Positions 12,001-23,200 of a DNA stretch of 64,000 bases are shown piece by piece (position 1 is the first letter of the stretch; each line of letters begins with the position of its first letter). A model generated the notes under the pieces. It was not told the origin of the DNA and made no database searches. It saw only the letters and a program-made list of their open reading frames with translations. Origin of the DNA: Botryllus schlosseri (taxonomy: Eukaryota); assembly GCA_051294905.1 (NCBI GenBank), contig CM119376.1:15748001-15812000 (forward strand). Direction: 5' to 3'. The translations under genes were made by a program, and so were the position numbers.

Positions 12001-15000
12001 GGTTGAGGCACAAACGGGCGAAGCCTCACCTGGTATAGTGCAACTCATCGTAAATACCTTAGAATTTATCATCACTGATATTATTCGAATGAAATTTTGG
12101 ACTTCTAAACTATTCGACGTAACATAACATACCTACATTTTAGGGCGGTTCTAGAAAGCTACTTACGTTACCAATCAATAACCTGAATAGCTATGGCGTT
12201 GTTTTTAATTTGAATTTGTAATTGTTAATGTCACTTACAAGGAAGTTATTTATCGGCGTAGATCAGGAAGACAATGTGGATTTGAAAACTGCATTGTCCT
12301 ACAAGCGTCAGCATGTCAATGTATCAATTAGGGTATCGTGCAATCCAACATTTCGAGGCGCACGATGGCGGGCAGATCGAATTCGTCAGTGGTGCTAGTG
12401 GCCGGCGCGACAGCAAATTTGTGGATTTCGAAAAGGGGGTACGAATCCCTAACCCTGGGTACACCACTGTCTCGACCTCTCAAAGGCATGTTTATTCTGC
12501 CACGAGAATAATTATTCCGGCCGTCGTGAAAATTTACTAAAATATTGCTGCAATGTCGATAAAATTAAGTACAAAATTAAAAATTTGTCAAAGAGCCAAG
12601 TATGGCTCACGAGCCATAGGTTCCCGACCACTGCAATAGGGGAATGAATGTGTGTCGAATGGTATCCGCGTTTATGTCGATTGTTCACATCGTCCTTATA
12701 GATACAGTAATAACATATCAATGATATCATCGTCTTCGAACGTTTTTAGTCGACAATCCGTTACCATAATTAAGCTATAGAGTAAGACATTAGATTAGAC
12801 AATGGCAACTAATTCCCATTCCTACGGTTCGAAATATTAATCCATTGTGAATGTACTGCAAAATTCCCTTGCCGCCCAAATGGGATTGATTTTTAAAACA
12901 TGAAAACCAAGATGGCGGTAATAAGCACGTCATAACAATACAAATTGGATTGCATCCCCTTCATTATGCGTCTTGACTCGGATCATGCCGGTTAATTTCA
13001 CCAATTATGAGATTTATGTTGGTATTTTAGACGAAGAAATCGAGCCGGAACGGGGAATGGTCGGCGATAACGAGACTGATTTAAAGCAACAAACCTCCTT
13101 CACTCTAACGACAGGTGGATCAATTCAATCCTTAAACGACGAGTCACCCCAACAAAAGAAACAATCAGCAAACGCGAACGAAAAACGCCGTCCTATATTA
13201 GGAGGCAGGAAATTGCTCAACAGTCGGTCGGCCGACAATGAGCCTCTCATGCACGGGGTGCAGTATGAAGGGACAAATAACACAAGATTAAGCACCGATA
13301 GCCGAACTAAAGTCAACTCATTAACTTCAAACTCATTCCCCTCAAAATTGAACTCCAAATACAGCCTTTCCGGTAAATACCTCAGGATCCCGCACCCGAG
13401 CACAGATTCCATTGACGCGCTCGGACGGAATGAAGTCACCATTGGAGTAAATAGAAGACGCGTTCGGGCATTGACAAGACAAACTCTCGTGAATGAAGAA
13501 GATTTATTTACATGTATTACGGCGATAGATAGTTCGAAAAATGCATTGCCCACACAGAATGAAATTAACCATCACACCTCTCGCGAAGGACAAAGTTCAG
13601 AGGAGGGAAAACGTACGGAAAAAGAAACGCCCCAGGAAAAATCGTTCAATGGCGTTCAATCCACGAAAAAAGTAACGGACAGCCCAAAGATCCGGACTGA
13701 AAGCCACGGTTTGAATCTTTCTCCAAGTTTGAGTTATGTAGCGAGGGCAGAGCATTTCAACAAACCCAACATCGGCAATGATACCTATACCGACGACGAA
13801 CCGCAATCCACTTCGAAAAGGTTCATGTACCGTCGCGGAGGCAGCGACCGAACCGGCGCACGGTGGCTGGGTCGTTTTCGGAAAAGCAAAAATTGGTCGG
13901 TCACAAGTATGATACCTCCGAAGCTCAAGAACCGCAGCAACTCGCAATGCCAACAGAACAATGTCATAAAAATTGTGATTGATCACGCCACAGAGGAAAT
14001 GAGTGAGACCTGGCTGGGCGAGGAATTTGATGAAGCGGGAAGAATAGAAAAAGACGCACCGAGCGATGTAAGTAGAAGTTCGACCGAGTTCGAAAGGAAA
14101 AATTTAAGCATCATACCAGAACAATTAACGAACCCCACCGATAACTCGGTGGATAATAAATCGTCTAGTGAATGTGGAATCTCAAAACGGACTGACGATG
14201 CCAAAGCAAGTTCCGGGCTCTGGCGTTCTATATTGAAGGGAAAATGGAAGCTTTTGATTTCTAAATCCCCGCTCAGAAAAGATACGCCTAGAGACGCAGC
14301 TGGCACGAGCAAAAAAGCCGATATACTCGAGAATTCTCGCAGTACCATTACTGAAAAAGGAGACAATGGTTCAGCGAAAGAAATAGGGAAACATACCAAA
14401 CACCAGCAGCCATGTTTTACCCCCGAATTATGGTCCAACATAGTGGAAGGCACCAGTACGAACAGACCAGTCGTTATGCTGCCGATGCCCAGCATTCCAA
14501 TGAGCCCCTCGCCCAGTGTCACCAAATTCGACCCTCCCGACAGTAAGGCAAAGCAAGGGTTCTCTTTGAATATTCACAACATGGACAGCGGCGCTACCCC
14601 AGAGGAACAATCGGACTGCGACGACTCGGCCCGCACTTCGAGCAACTGCGCGCATCGCGACAGCGATTTGTCGTCCCGCGAAGACGCCGACCTGCTGCGC
14701 AAGCGTCGAGAGATGAACGCCTCGACGCAGTTCCTGCGTGCCAAAAATGTGCCGGGAAAATTCGACGACAACCAATCCATGCTGGACTTGAACAGCGTTG
14801 ACCTCGGGCGCCGATGGTCAATGCAGAGCGACGCGCTCTCCATTTACAGCGAGCGCATTGCCAGGCCGATAGAGAGGTCTCACTCGAACTGCAGTCGCTA
14901 CTCGCAAAAGCGGGCTTCGAGAAGGAGCAACAGCTCCGACAATCAAAGCGGCAGGAGATCTTTCCGCAGACACTGGTCTTCCAAGAAATCGTCCGTCGTT

Positions 15001-15414
15001 TCATCCGCGGGCAGTAGTTTCAGGCGGAAACGGCGCCGCATAGCGGAAAGAAAGCTAGCGTACAGCGGAATATCGATATGCATTGCGTTCGCTTTGTGCA
15101 TGCTGCCGACCTCTGCAGTCGATATAATGCGGAAATTGACGACCGTTCATATTCCACCCGAGATCGAATTCAGTCTGATGGTGCTGTCTTGGGCACACGT
15201 CGTTACAAATCCGTTTTTGTATGGGTTTCTGAATTCCCAGTTTCGTAAAGAGTACAAGCGGATAGGCCGAGATTTCGTGAACTTCGTAACAAGGAAGAAT
15301 CGGAGACGTGGCCTGTTGTCCGGGCGGTCTGCTATAATACAAACGATGCGGGAGCAGATCCAAGATCAGGACTCCGTCAATCAACCTCAGTCAAAAAGAC
15401 CGCGAAAAGAATAG
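97..15414 (+). CDS. Class A (rhodopsin-like) GPCR, GPR84/Tre1/Moody-like, with giant ICL3; 8 exons, ~1221-1233 aa
   Basis: Exons 97-304, 1735-1901, 2183-2346, 2981-3072, 4887(or 4851)-5028, 9254-9579, 10071-10253, 13031-15414. All are GT-AG with matching phases (1,0,2,1,2,1,1). N-terminus has NTS/NVT/NET sequons. TM1-2 FANTITIIAYNRSRKLRTTFNFLIINLCTVDL resembles GPR84 KLRTRFNLLIANLTLADL. TM3 IAMNRYVGIVH (DRY variant), TM4 IIGVWLISP, TM5 LQVLPLVVLTAFY, TM6 FALCMLP, TM7 LSWAHVVTNPFLYGFLNSQFR (NPxxY). Family assignment is from recalled sequence similarity, not a search. Confidence 0.9.
606..1544. mobile_element. Non-autonomous hAT element (TAGGG termini)
   Basis: TIR tagggatggtgtgaac / gttcacaccatcccta; perfect 8-bp TSD ctccctac (598-605, 1545-1552); subterminal gtgaac/gttcac repeats. 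Confidence 0.9.
2378..2901. mobile_element. hAT MITE, TAGGGTTGCATT family, long subtype
   Basis: Ends tatggttgcattt / aaatgcaacccta; homologous to copies at 4205, 22427, 61445 and 63102; flanks ttgatgcctc / ttgatgcatc. Confidence 0.85.
4205..4630. mobile_element. hAT MITE, TAGGGTTGCATT family, short subtype
   Basis: TIR tagggttgcatt / aatgcaacccta; perfect 8-bp TSD agtatagg. Confidence 0.9.
5406..6732. mobile_element. Buster/Charlie-type hAT insertion nested in 5253-7411
   Basis: Right TIR ggttgagaaccactg; perfect TSD ttctacag (5398-5405, 6733-6740). The right end resembles 30310-30383; the left TIR is degenerate. The empty site is visible near 47117. Confidence 0.8.
5991..6188. mobile_element. 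hAT-like MITE with ggaggaca subterminal repeats
   Basis: TIR taggattaccat / atggtaacccta; flanks cctgaac / cctaaac (7 bp, 6/7 match). Confidence 0.75.
8961..8989. mobile_element. 29-bp palindromic micro-insertion (CGGGGCCTAC family)
   Basis: cggggcctactatagtatcgtaggccccg flanked by a perfect 7-bp direct repeat, cttgaag. Confidence 0.75.
10734..12001. mobile_element. Non-autonomous hAT element with GGAGCC subterminal arrays
   Basis: TIR cagggctttggagc / gctccaaagccctg; perfect 8-bp TSD gttgaggc; (ggagcc)n arrays at both ends. Confidence 0.9.
11178..11836. mobile_element. Buster-type hAT MITE nested in 10734-12001
   Basis: Ends caggaatggcc / ggccacccctg; TSD atatagac / atatagat (7/8, central TA). 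Confidence 0.75.
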
Positions 15415-15451
15415 GTGTGAAAGACCGCGAAAAGAATAGGTGTAAAGACCG
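15395..15451 (+). repeat. 25-bp tandem duplication spanning the GPCR stop codon
   Basis: aaagaccgcgaaaagaataggtgt(g) x2 plus a partial third unit. Confidence 0.85.
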
Positions 15452-16017
15452 TGATGTGGTGAATTCATCTTGCAAAATTACTTTGAATTTATCGACCTCG
15501 ATCTCATCGTGTAACATCGAGACTACGATGGGTGTAATTACAGTATGATTTTGTCAGCTACTCATACATCGCTGCGAAATGGATAATGGCTGTTAATTGT
15601 GATCAGCAACCCCAATTTGTATAATCCTTGGCAGATTCAGCTGTAGACGTGATATTTCGACGACTCTTGTTATAAATCATCAGAAGACATTTGTACAACG
15701 TCGCCACAACTCGTGTAGATGCAAGAAAAACCGACCGTTCTTCATAATCCTTCAGTGACCTGATTACTATTTGCCATGTAACATTATTCGGTATTAATTT
15801 ATCAAATAGCATATACTTTTCCACTTGTGAAATTCCCCCTCCGACACACGATGTTATGGCAATAGTACACTGAGACACCGAGGTCGTGACTTACATCTGC
15901 AAGATGATACCACCAATCATATTTAATACGGATATATATTTATTTGGGCGAATTAAAAAAAATCCATAGTCATCACGTTAAATAGTTTCGTTTTCCATCC
16001 CTTATTTTGGTGATGCA

Positions 16018-16023
16018 AATAAA
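16018..16023 (+). terminator. Candidate AATAAA poly(A) signal of the GPCR
   Basis: AATAAA about 600 bp downstream of the stop codon; weak evidence in AT-rich DNA. Confidence 0.3.
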
Positions 16024-16430
16024 ACAGATTGCTATTACATAGCAGCGAATATCTCATACTATTTTGTTCCATGTCAGGCTGATTTATTCCTTACGTTGCA
16101 AAGACGATCATAAAACATATAAAATTTATTCTCTCGGTATTTAGTGTGGTATTTACAAGAGACCGTGGATAGATAGACGTGTGTAATATTACATCGTCAA
16201 CTGGGAATGTAAAATCCATGGTATATTGTTTGCTTAACCACAAGGCCCTGACATCAATTGGTAAGTCCGATCAGAAGGTCATATTAAATATATAGTATCA
16301 AATCTTCAACTGTTTGGTTATTGGTGTGTATTCACACCTGTGTAGACGACCTCAGATTATCGCCACGGCATGAATCAAACTCAACATTCTAATACAACTG
16401 ATGCTTGCACGTTGGGGTGTAGGTAGGTAC

Positions 16431-16461
16431 GCCATGCACATGCCATGCACATGCCATGCAC
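16431..16461. repeat. 11-bp minisatellite
   Basis: gccatgcacat x2.8. Confidence 0.8.
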
Positions 16462-17279
16462 TTAGGCACGCATGATTTATCACCGCGATCTAATTATTAG
16501 TTAGAGTAAGGTTCTGTTTTCGTGTAACCCTACCACCCTATGGGTGTGCACTGTGCAGACATATTCTTTTGGCTGAAAATGTGCGCAGATGCGGCCCACA
16601 ATTTTGTACGCCCATATTTTGCATGTAGTTTCTCCAACTACAATCGATCGAATTCGAAGGTACCATGGCCCCGCACCCGTTATCTATGTTTGCAGAAGAT
16701 ATTTTCCCTTCATAGAAAGAACTCAACCTCGAAAATTTTGGTGACGTTTCGCTGAGCCTGTACATAGCGCCACCAGCCGGATGGCGCAACGACATTCGCT
16801 TGCAATGCTTGGGATATGAGAAATGGCTGGCTGTGATAACAGTCGTGTGCTGTATGGGTCTGGGGGACGGAATGGTGAAGGTAAATTTCACATACTATGG
16901 TGTACTACATTTGTGAATCAAGGTAAAAGGTCCGGGTGACCCCAAACATTGCGTCAACGCGATATTTCATTTTCGAATTTCTAATCACGGGTAGGTAGGG
17001 ACCTAGGGGGTAGTAATGGCCTGTATAGAAATGGCTAGTATAGAGAACTGTCAGTCCGTATTCTGTCGATAAACTGTTGTTATGTGCTTGATCATACTTT
17101 TTATCATACTACTCAGATTATTCACATGTAAGTTTACTAGGAATCAAATCAATACCATCCATCACGTCTCCCTAATACCCATCTGATTGTTCATTATGAA
17201 TCGCAATGTCTTTTTGACACATCCTACACAAATACGATGTACTTAATTGCAGTATCGACACGTGATAATGCTGAAACAG

Positions 17280-20200
17280 CTATAAAAAATATGAAGTAAC
17301 CTGTTCAGCTTCTTTGACCTTTCCCAGCTCGGAAAGCACAATGCCGCTGTTCAAGTAAGCTACGGCGAGCGTCTTCCGAAACCGAATGGCCAAGCGATAC
17401 CTATTGAGAGCTTCGTGATATCGGTTCTGTTCTTGATAGAGCAATCCCCTGAAACAGGGAATGGCGATTACACCCCTTCTTGCAAGACGTAGCACACTGT
17501 TATTCGCGCTCGCCGCCGCGGATAGATACCGATGATGGTGCTGCTTCCACTAGCGCACCCTTACTGGCAGCAAGAATTGGCCTCTACGCCAGATCGTATG
17601 TCAATGCATATAAAGTCTAGCCAGGTAGAACGAAGGTAGTATCAATGCAGACGACCAGAATTTTATGGGCATATATAGTAGCATTTATAGTCAGCAATGG
17701 GAACGATGCTAGTATAGCGGGAACCAGAGCGGGGCTGGATATCCGGCCTGATTTTTTCCAATTTTATCCCGATCCGGATCGAACCCGGATTCATATTATA
17801 TCTGATTTTGCCGGAGTCGGATCGGGGTAGCATTCGTACGTTTCGTATACCGTGAGATTCGTTATTAAGGCTGTTGATTAGAATCACTGCTGTAACTACC
17901 TACCGAACACCAGTAACCAATACAAACCTGTAGGTTTTCCATTGTCATGGTTCTTTTGTTTCAGTATTCAATATACAACCTGAACCCGTACCGTTGCCGT
18001 ATGATCTATTCCAATTGCTTTTGTAGTTTACTAGAAACAGGTACACGTGCATAGGGCTGGGCAAAATCGAGTGCCTGAGTGATTCGATTCTGAATATACT
18101 CTGTCTCGTATGTTGCGACACGGACAATCAAGGTTTCAAGGCTTCATCAGTGGAAAATAGTATCAAAGCTATTTAATCCTCGTTAGTAAAATTACTTTCA
18201 GTTGCGAGGAGCGTATAATTTCAGTACTCGAAAAAACGTATTTTACTACTCGACTCGAATCATTGTGCCCAGCACTACTCATGTATGATTTTGATTATTA
18301 TTGAAGTTTTCCGGATGATATATCGGTCATTTTAAGAATCCGGCCTAGGAGTTGGACCAGAGAATTTGTCGATGCGCCCTGCACTAGTTCATCATTGATG
18401 ATTTATGTCGACAGGTGGCGCTAAAGAGTCTAGTAACCCAAGTGGATGTACGCTCGATCTCTCTAAATCTGAAGTCATGAAGCAATAGATAAATGTAGCC
18501 AAGCGACGGGAAGATACTTAGATCACAAAATTGGCTCTATAACCCATCACTGCCTATCGGATAGTAGCAATTGTATGTATGTCGATCGAAAGCTATAATC
18601 TGCTTTGGTATCGTACCTTTTAATGTTGACTCACATCGATTAATATGCATGCATTGCATATTGTATATTTCTGCAGGAACGAATAGGTCAGTATAGGTCG
18701 GTCTATCTTATGTATTAATGTTTTGCTCCCACGATAAATGTGATTTGTCATAAAAGCAATTTTCTTAGGAGTCTATTTCATCTCTTTCCGTTATTACGAA
18801 CAACTCCAAGTCTGTTTGATTTTCCAGTTATACAGGGGAGGGTTTGTTTCCATTGCAAACATAAAAATCTTCTATTTAGCTTGTAATTTATCTTTGGAGA
18901 AAACCATAATCACGCGCGAGCGACGAAAAGGCTACGCAACGTGCGCGCATGGCTACCCAGCTGCAAAAGACCCAAAACAAGTTTTGAATGGGTCACATCG
19001 GAGAATAAGCGGAATGTTTTCCGGCCGAGGAGCTGAATGTTTACGCCGCTTTACAGTCGGTTGAGTCGATGATTCGACAACTCATGTGGGGCTTTCTGAG
19101 TTAACCCCTTCCTCGCAAATATTTCGGAAACCGCACCTTCAATTGATCTGAGCTGTCCGGCAAGAGTTAAAGTAACTGCGAATTTGGTTAAGGTTAGCTG
19201 ATTCAGTTAAGAATAGGAGATTCCGCAGCTACGTGTTTGACAACATACATTCTGATCAATCTGTGGCACGGACCTGTAACTTAATTTTATCGCTAACGTG
19301 TTCTGTTTTAAGCGACAGCAGCTGATGAATGATAAAATATTCTTCGGCAGTAAAACTGCGAGACAAATGATTCACGAGTGCGCCAAAGAAAAAAACTTAA
19401 TTCACCGTGTTGGTACATGTGTCCAATAATCCGAAACTAACCGATGGATATATATTTATATAGTTATACGGACGCAGGACGCAGCTGCTTCTCAAGGAAC
19501 AAAAATTCATGCTATGTTTTCGCTATTAGAAGGCACGTGGTGGAGAGCTCCGTTAGTCTCTTAAAAATTGAACTAAATGATGAAATTGTTTATTGAGTTT
19601 AGAGCGTGATCCGTTTAAAAATAAACGGCACCCGTTACCGAAAGCGAAACGCGCAGTCACACGCGTTGCACCCCGACCTTATCTACAAATCTGCGCCGAT
19701 GGTAATATATTTGGCTACACAATGCTACAACCATCCTATAATGAACCAATGTGTGGAAACATACTTCTATAAGCGCGAGTGAAGAATCAATTGGAGTCGT
19801 GATATCTTTTGCATAACATTTCAAAACAATAAGGGTGAATCCAATCGGTGACGAAATTGAGTCATATCCTGGATAAAAGCAAAACCGAAAGATAGCATCA
19901 CTGTCTACTTACTCTACTTAATTATATCAGGTGTATGCTGAACGGACGAAAGATTATTCACGTTAAAAGTGGAAGACAAAATTAATTTGAGCCTTGCCGT
20001 ATAGTGGAAATTGATTATGATATTTTAGTGTTTGAAATTAATGTTTGCTATATTCAATAATTATTACGAATTAAACCACGTGAGGGATTTCCAGTGCTCG
20101 TAATTGGTTATATTTCTCAAGTCGCGCCTCCGACGATGTTGTGCATCTGGTGTTTATACTTTATGATCTGTCCCTCGTGATATTCATGGTTGTGTATACA

Positions 20201-23200
20201 AAGGGACAACGCCATAGTGATACCAAATGTTGCGGTATTGATATTAAATATTTCATCAATTTTAATGCCATTGATATGGCTTCCAAAGTCTGCAGGAAGA
20301 TTTTGACAATAGTCCGAAATCAAATTTTTATACAGATGGAACTTACTAAAATGGAAAAATATCGTTAATGATGGAAATTCACCGAGTATACAATGACGGG
20401 TATATAATTATTGTAGTCATTTCGCATTGACCGGATTATATTCATCTCTACATCCTCCCTAACGACATTACCTTGCATAAATGCCTTCGTCGTGTTAAAC
20501 GCTAAGCAAGAATATTCTGAATAGCAGTGTTCACAAAGTCTTCGATCTGATCAGGACCCGGTTTTCTCGATCCAAAACTGGCTATCAGCTATCGAATATG
20601 GGTCATACGGGTTGTTTCGTATGTCAAGCAAAGGTAATTCGAACTGCGTTTCTCTGTCACTGAGGTGTGTTACACGGGGGGTACATCTATACACGTGACA
20701 TATCCGAATTCCAAGTAAACGAAATTTTCTTTAGGAAAAACAGTCGATTACCGTATTCCTTCAATATCAATAGTTAGTATATTTCGTCAGAGTAGGTAAC
20801 ATCAATAACCTATAGCGAGATTGGATTCCGTCCGATATTTACGATTCAATGCGATGATGATCGAATTCTAAAATGTCCCTCGGTATATATGAATAGTTTC
20901 GTTTGCTTTGTATACTAACCATGCGCATTGGATCGAATGGATTTTTAATGTTAGTTATCGCATATATATTGGGCGACGACAACTTCATGACATATTTACT
21001 GCTGTTGAATAAAACAGCAAAGCTTTCCTGTCGCCAAATAAATATACCTGTCCAAAATACCGGGGGTGGGATTAAACAAGTATGTGGGCGGTATAGATAT
21101 TAATGGAGTCATTTCAGCATCTCTACTCCTTGTTAATCATTTGTTGAAAGGCGTAAATCGGCCAGTACTTTGGATTTTTTTCACTCACAGATTGTAATGG
21201 ACGTCGGCCATATTTCCGCGCGCTGCCAGCGCATTGAGATAGCAACCTTCCGCGTCTTTAATCCTACCGGATTCTTTCATCACGTTCCCGAGATTAGACC
21301 AGGATTTAGCGGGCGACGTTGAAATGCCCGACCTGAAAAGGGGATTAATACTGAGTGTGCGCCACTTTGGTGAATTTGCTCGACACGGTTTCCATACTGC
21401 AGTACAAACAAAGGCATGGGGCGCTTTATAATGGATATATTACTAAGCAAAATAATGAAAGCGCGAGACTTGAAAATACATCCTGTATCGGAGGTTTTGG
21501 CTGATTTCAAATTGGGTCTTGGAATTTTATAATATGATTATTATCGGACGACTTCATTCACACAAACTCCCATTCTGCAGCATCGTTTGATTTCACGCGT
21601 CCTTCTCAGATTATTTTCCGCCTCGTTGTCGCACGGCTATCTTTCTCTCTGCACGCTATAAACGTAAAAATTGTGTAATCTACCGATTTTCACCCCGCCG
21701 CAAGATGCAAATAAAGTCATCAGCACCGGTACAATATGTTGCTTTCACATCCGTTCCATGCAATTGGCGCAATAGTAAAAACATGGTGCACGTAAGCATA
21801 GCCCACCGCACTCACCCCTGGCATATATCTCCGTAAGGGTTGGTGTCCTAGAAATAGCCGATAGTCTGATTCACACCTTACGCTAAGGAGGTAATATGGT
21901 GAATACACCTATTCTCCACCCATGCATTTACATTGCGTGGCTTTTATACGCAATCCGCAGTCACAACTAGTCCAGCGATGAGGGAAGACCTGACTCAGGT
22001 CTACAAGGCCTAAGTTATTGTACGCCACTTCATATATAGCTGCTAGTCTTCTACAGTTGGCAGTCAGAATAGTGTATGAGCCTGCTTTACGTATTAATTG
22101 AGCGATTGACAATACAATGGAATGATGATAACTTGCGAACGCACCGGTACAAATGATATTGGTCTTGCCAGTCGAGGTTCCGATGAGTAGTGCGTATCGC
22201 AAGCAGCATCAATGCAATGATTTGCAGCCAGAAGCTGACTCGTGAGATGCTGAAATAAAGATTTATGTGTGGTTATCGAGAAAAGATGTCAGAGGCATGA
22301 TGGCTTTCTTCTGGCCTGTTCTTGAATATTGCGGATTGGAAATATGTTGTAGATGCCTGATCGGTAGATTACTGGATTGATGTCATATTGTATATCAGGG
22401 ATATCTAAATATATCCCTGTTGTAAATAGGGTTGCATTTAAAGCAAAATTCAATTTGAAACAAACATGGTAGAAACAAGGCCCTTGTTTGCAACATTTTT
22501 TTCAAGCCATGGCGTCACGAATATTCACGTGTGACGTCATAGTAGATTGACATTGACAATTGAAAATAGAGGGTAAATATAGCTCTTTTGGCGAAATATT
22601 TGTACTATTGCTGTTAAATCGACTATTTTGAGGGTTCCAACCATCCCATATCGATTTACGTCGGCTGTATCGCGTGGTAATTGTCCGTACGCTCATACAG
22701 CATGTTTTGTGGAAAGTATTTACCCAATTATGGCATAATTTTACAACTTGAAAAAAAAAATGAAAAGGCCCTTGTTTAAAACACTGTTTAAAACATGTTT
22801 CAAAATGAAGTGTTTTAAAACACCGTTTGTTTTAAATGCAATCCTAGTTGTTAATGGATATAATCTATAAAAATTCAACTACAGGTTGCATCTCTGTAAT
22901 TTAAGGTTTGAATCACATCCGGATCCTCTGAATTTTTCGTCACGGATTGACTGATTGACTGAAGATTGATGAATAAATTGAATATGGATGCATTTACAAC
23001 GTCTGGTTTCAAGTGACCCGTTCATCTATACTCGGTACTCTTCACGCAATGATATAATTCTGATTTTACCTTGGGAATTGCCTTTTCCATCTTTTATTAC
23101 TGAGATGATCCACGCAGAATTGCCATCCGTAAATGACCAGTATGCAAAATCCAGCACTCGGCAAATACAAAATGCGCTCGGCGATGATGAAACCAACGTA

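Noticed and set aside
10684-12013. GSGSG-rich ORFs
   Set aside because: Translations of (ggagcc)n subterminal repeats of a hAT element.
13125-15384. Chain of long minus-strand ORFs (109-180 aa) over the GPCR exon
   Set aside because: Antisense shadows of a long GC-richer coding exon; no splice logic or recognisable motifs.
16538-16891. Candidate terminal TMTC2 exon (acceptor ccccag near 16860)
   Set aside because: None of the three frames resembles TPR sequence; cannot be supported.
19101-19170. piggyBac-like TTAA-flanked mini element
   Set aside because: Putative TIRs match only 5/8.
21909-22202. ORF with a YNNLG TPR-like motif inside TMTC2
   Set aside because: The real exon (22249-22145) is in another frame and splices directly to 21332; the motif is isolated and coincidental.
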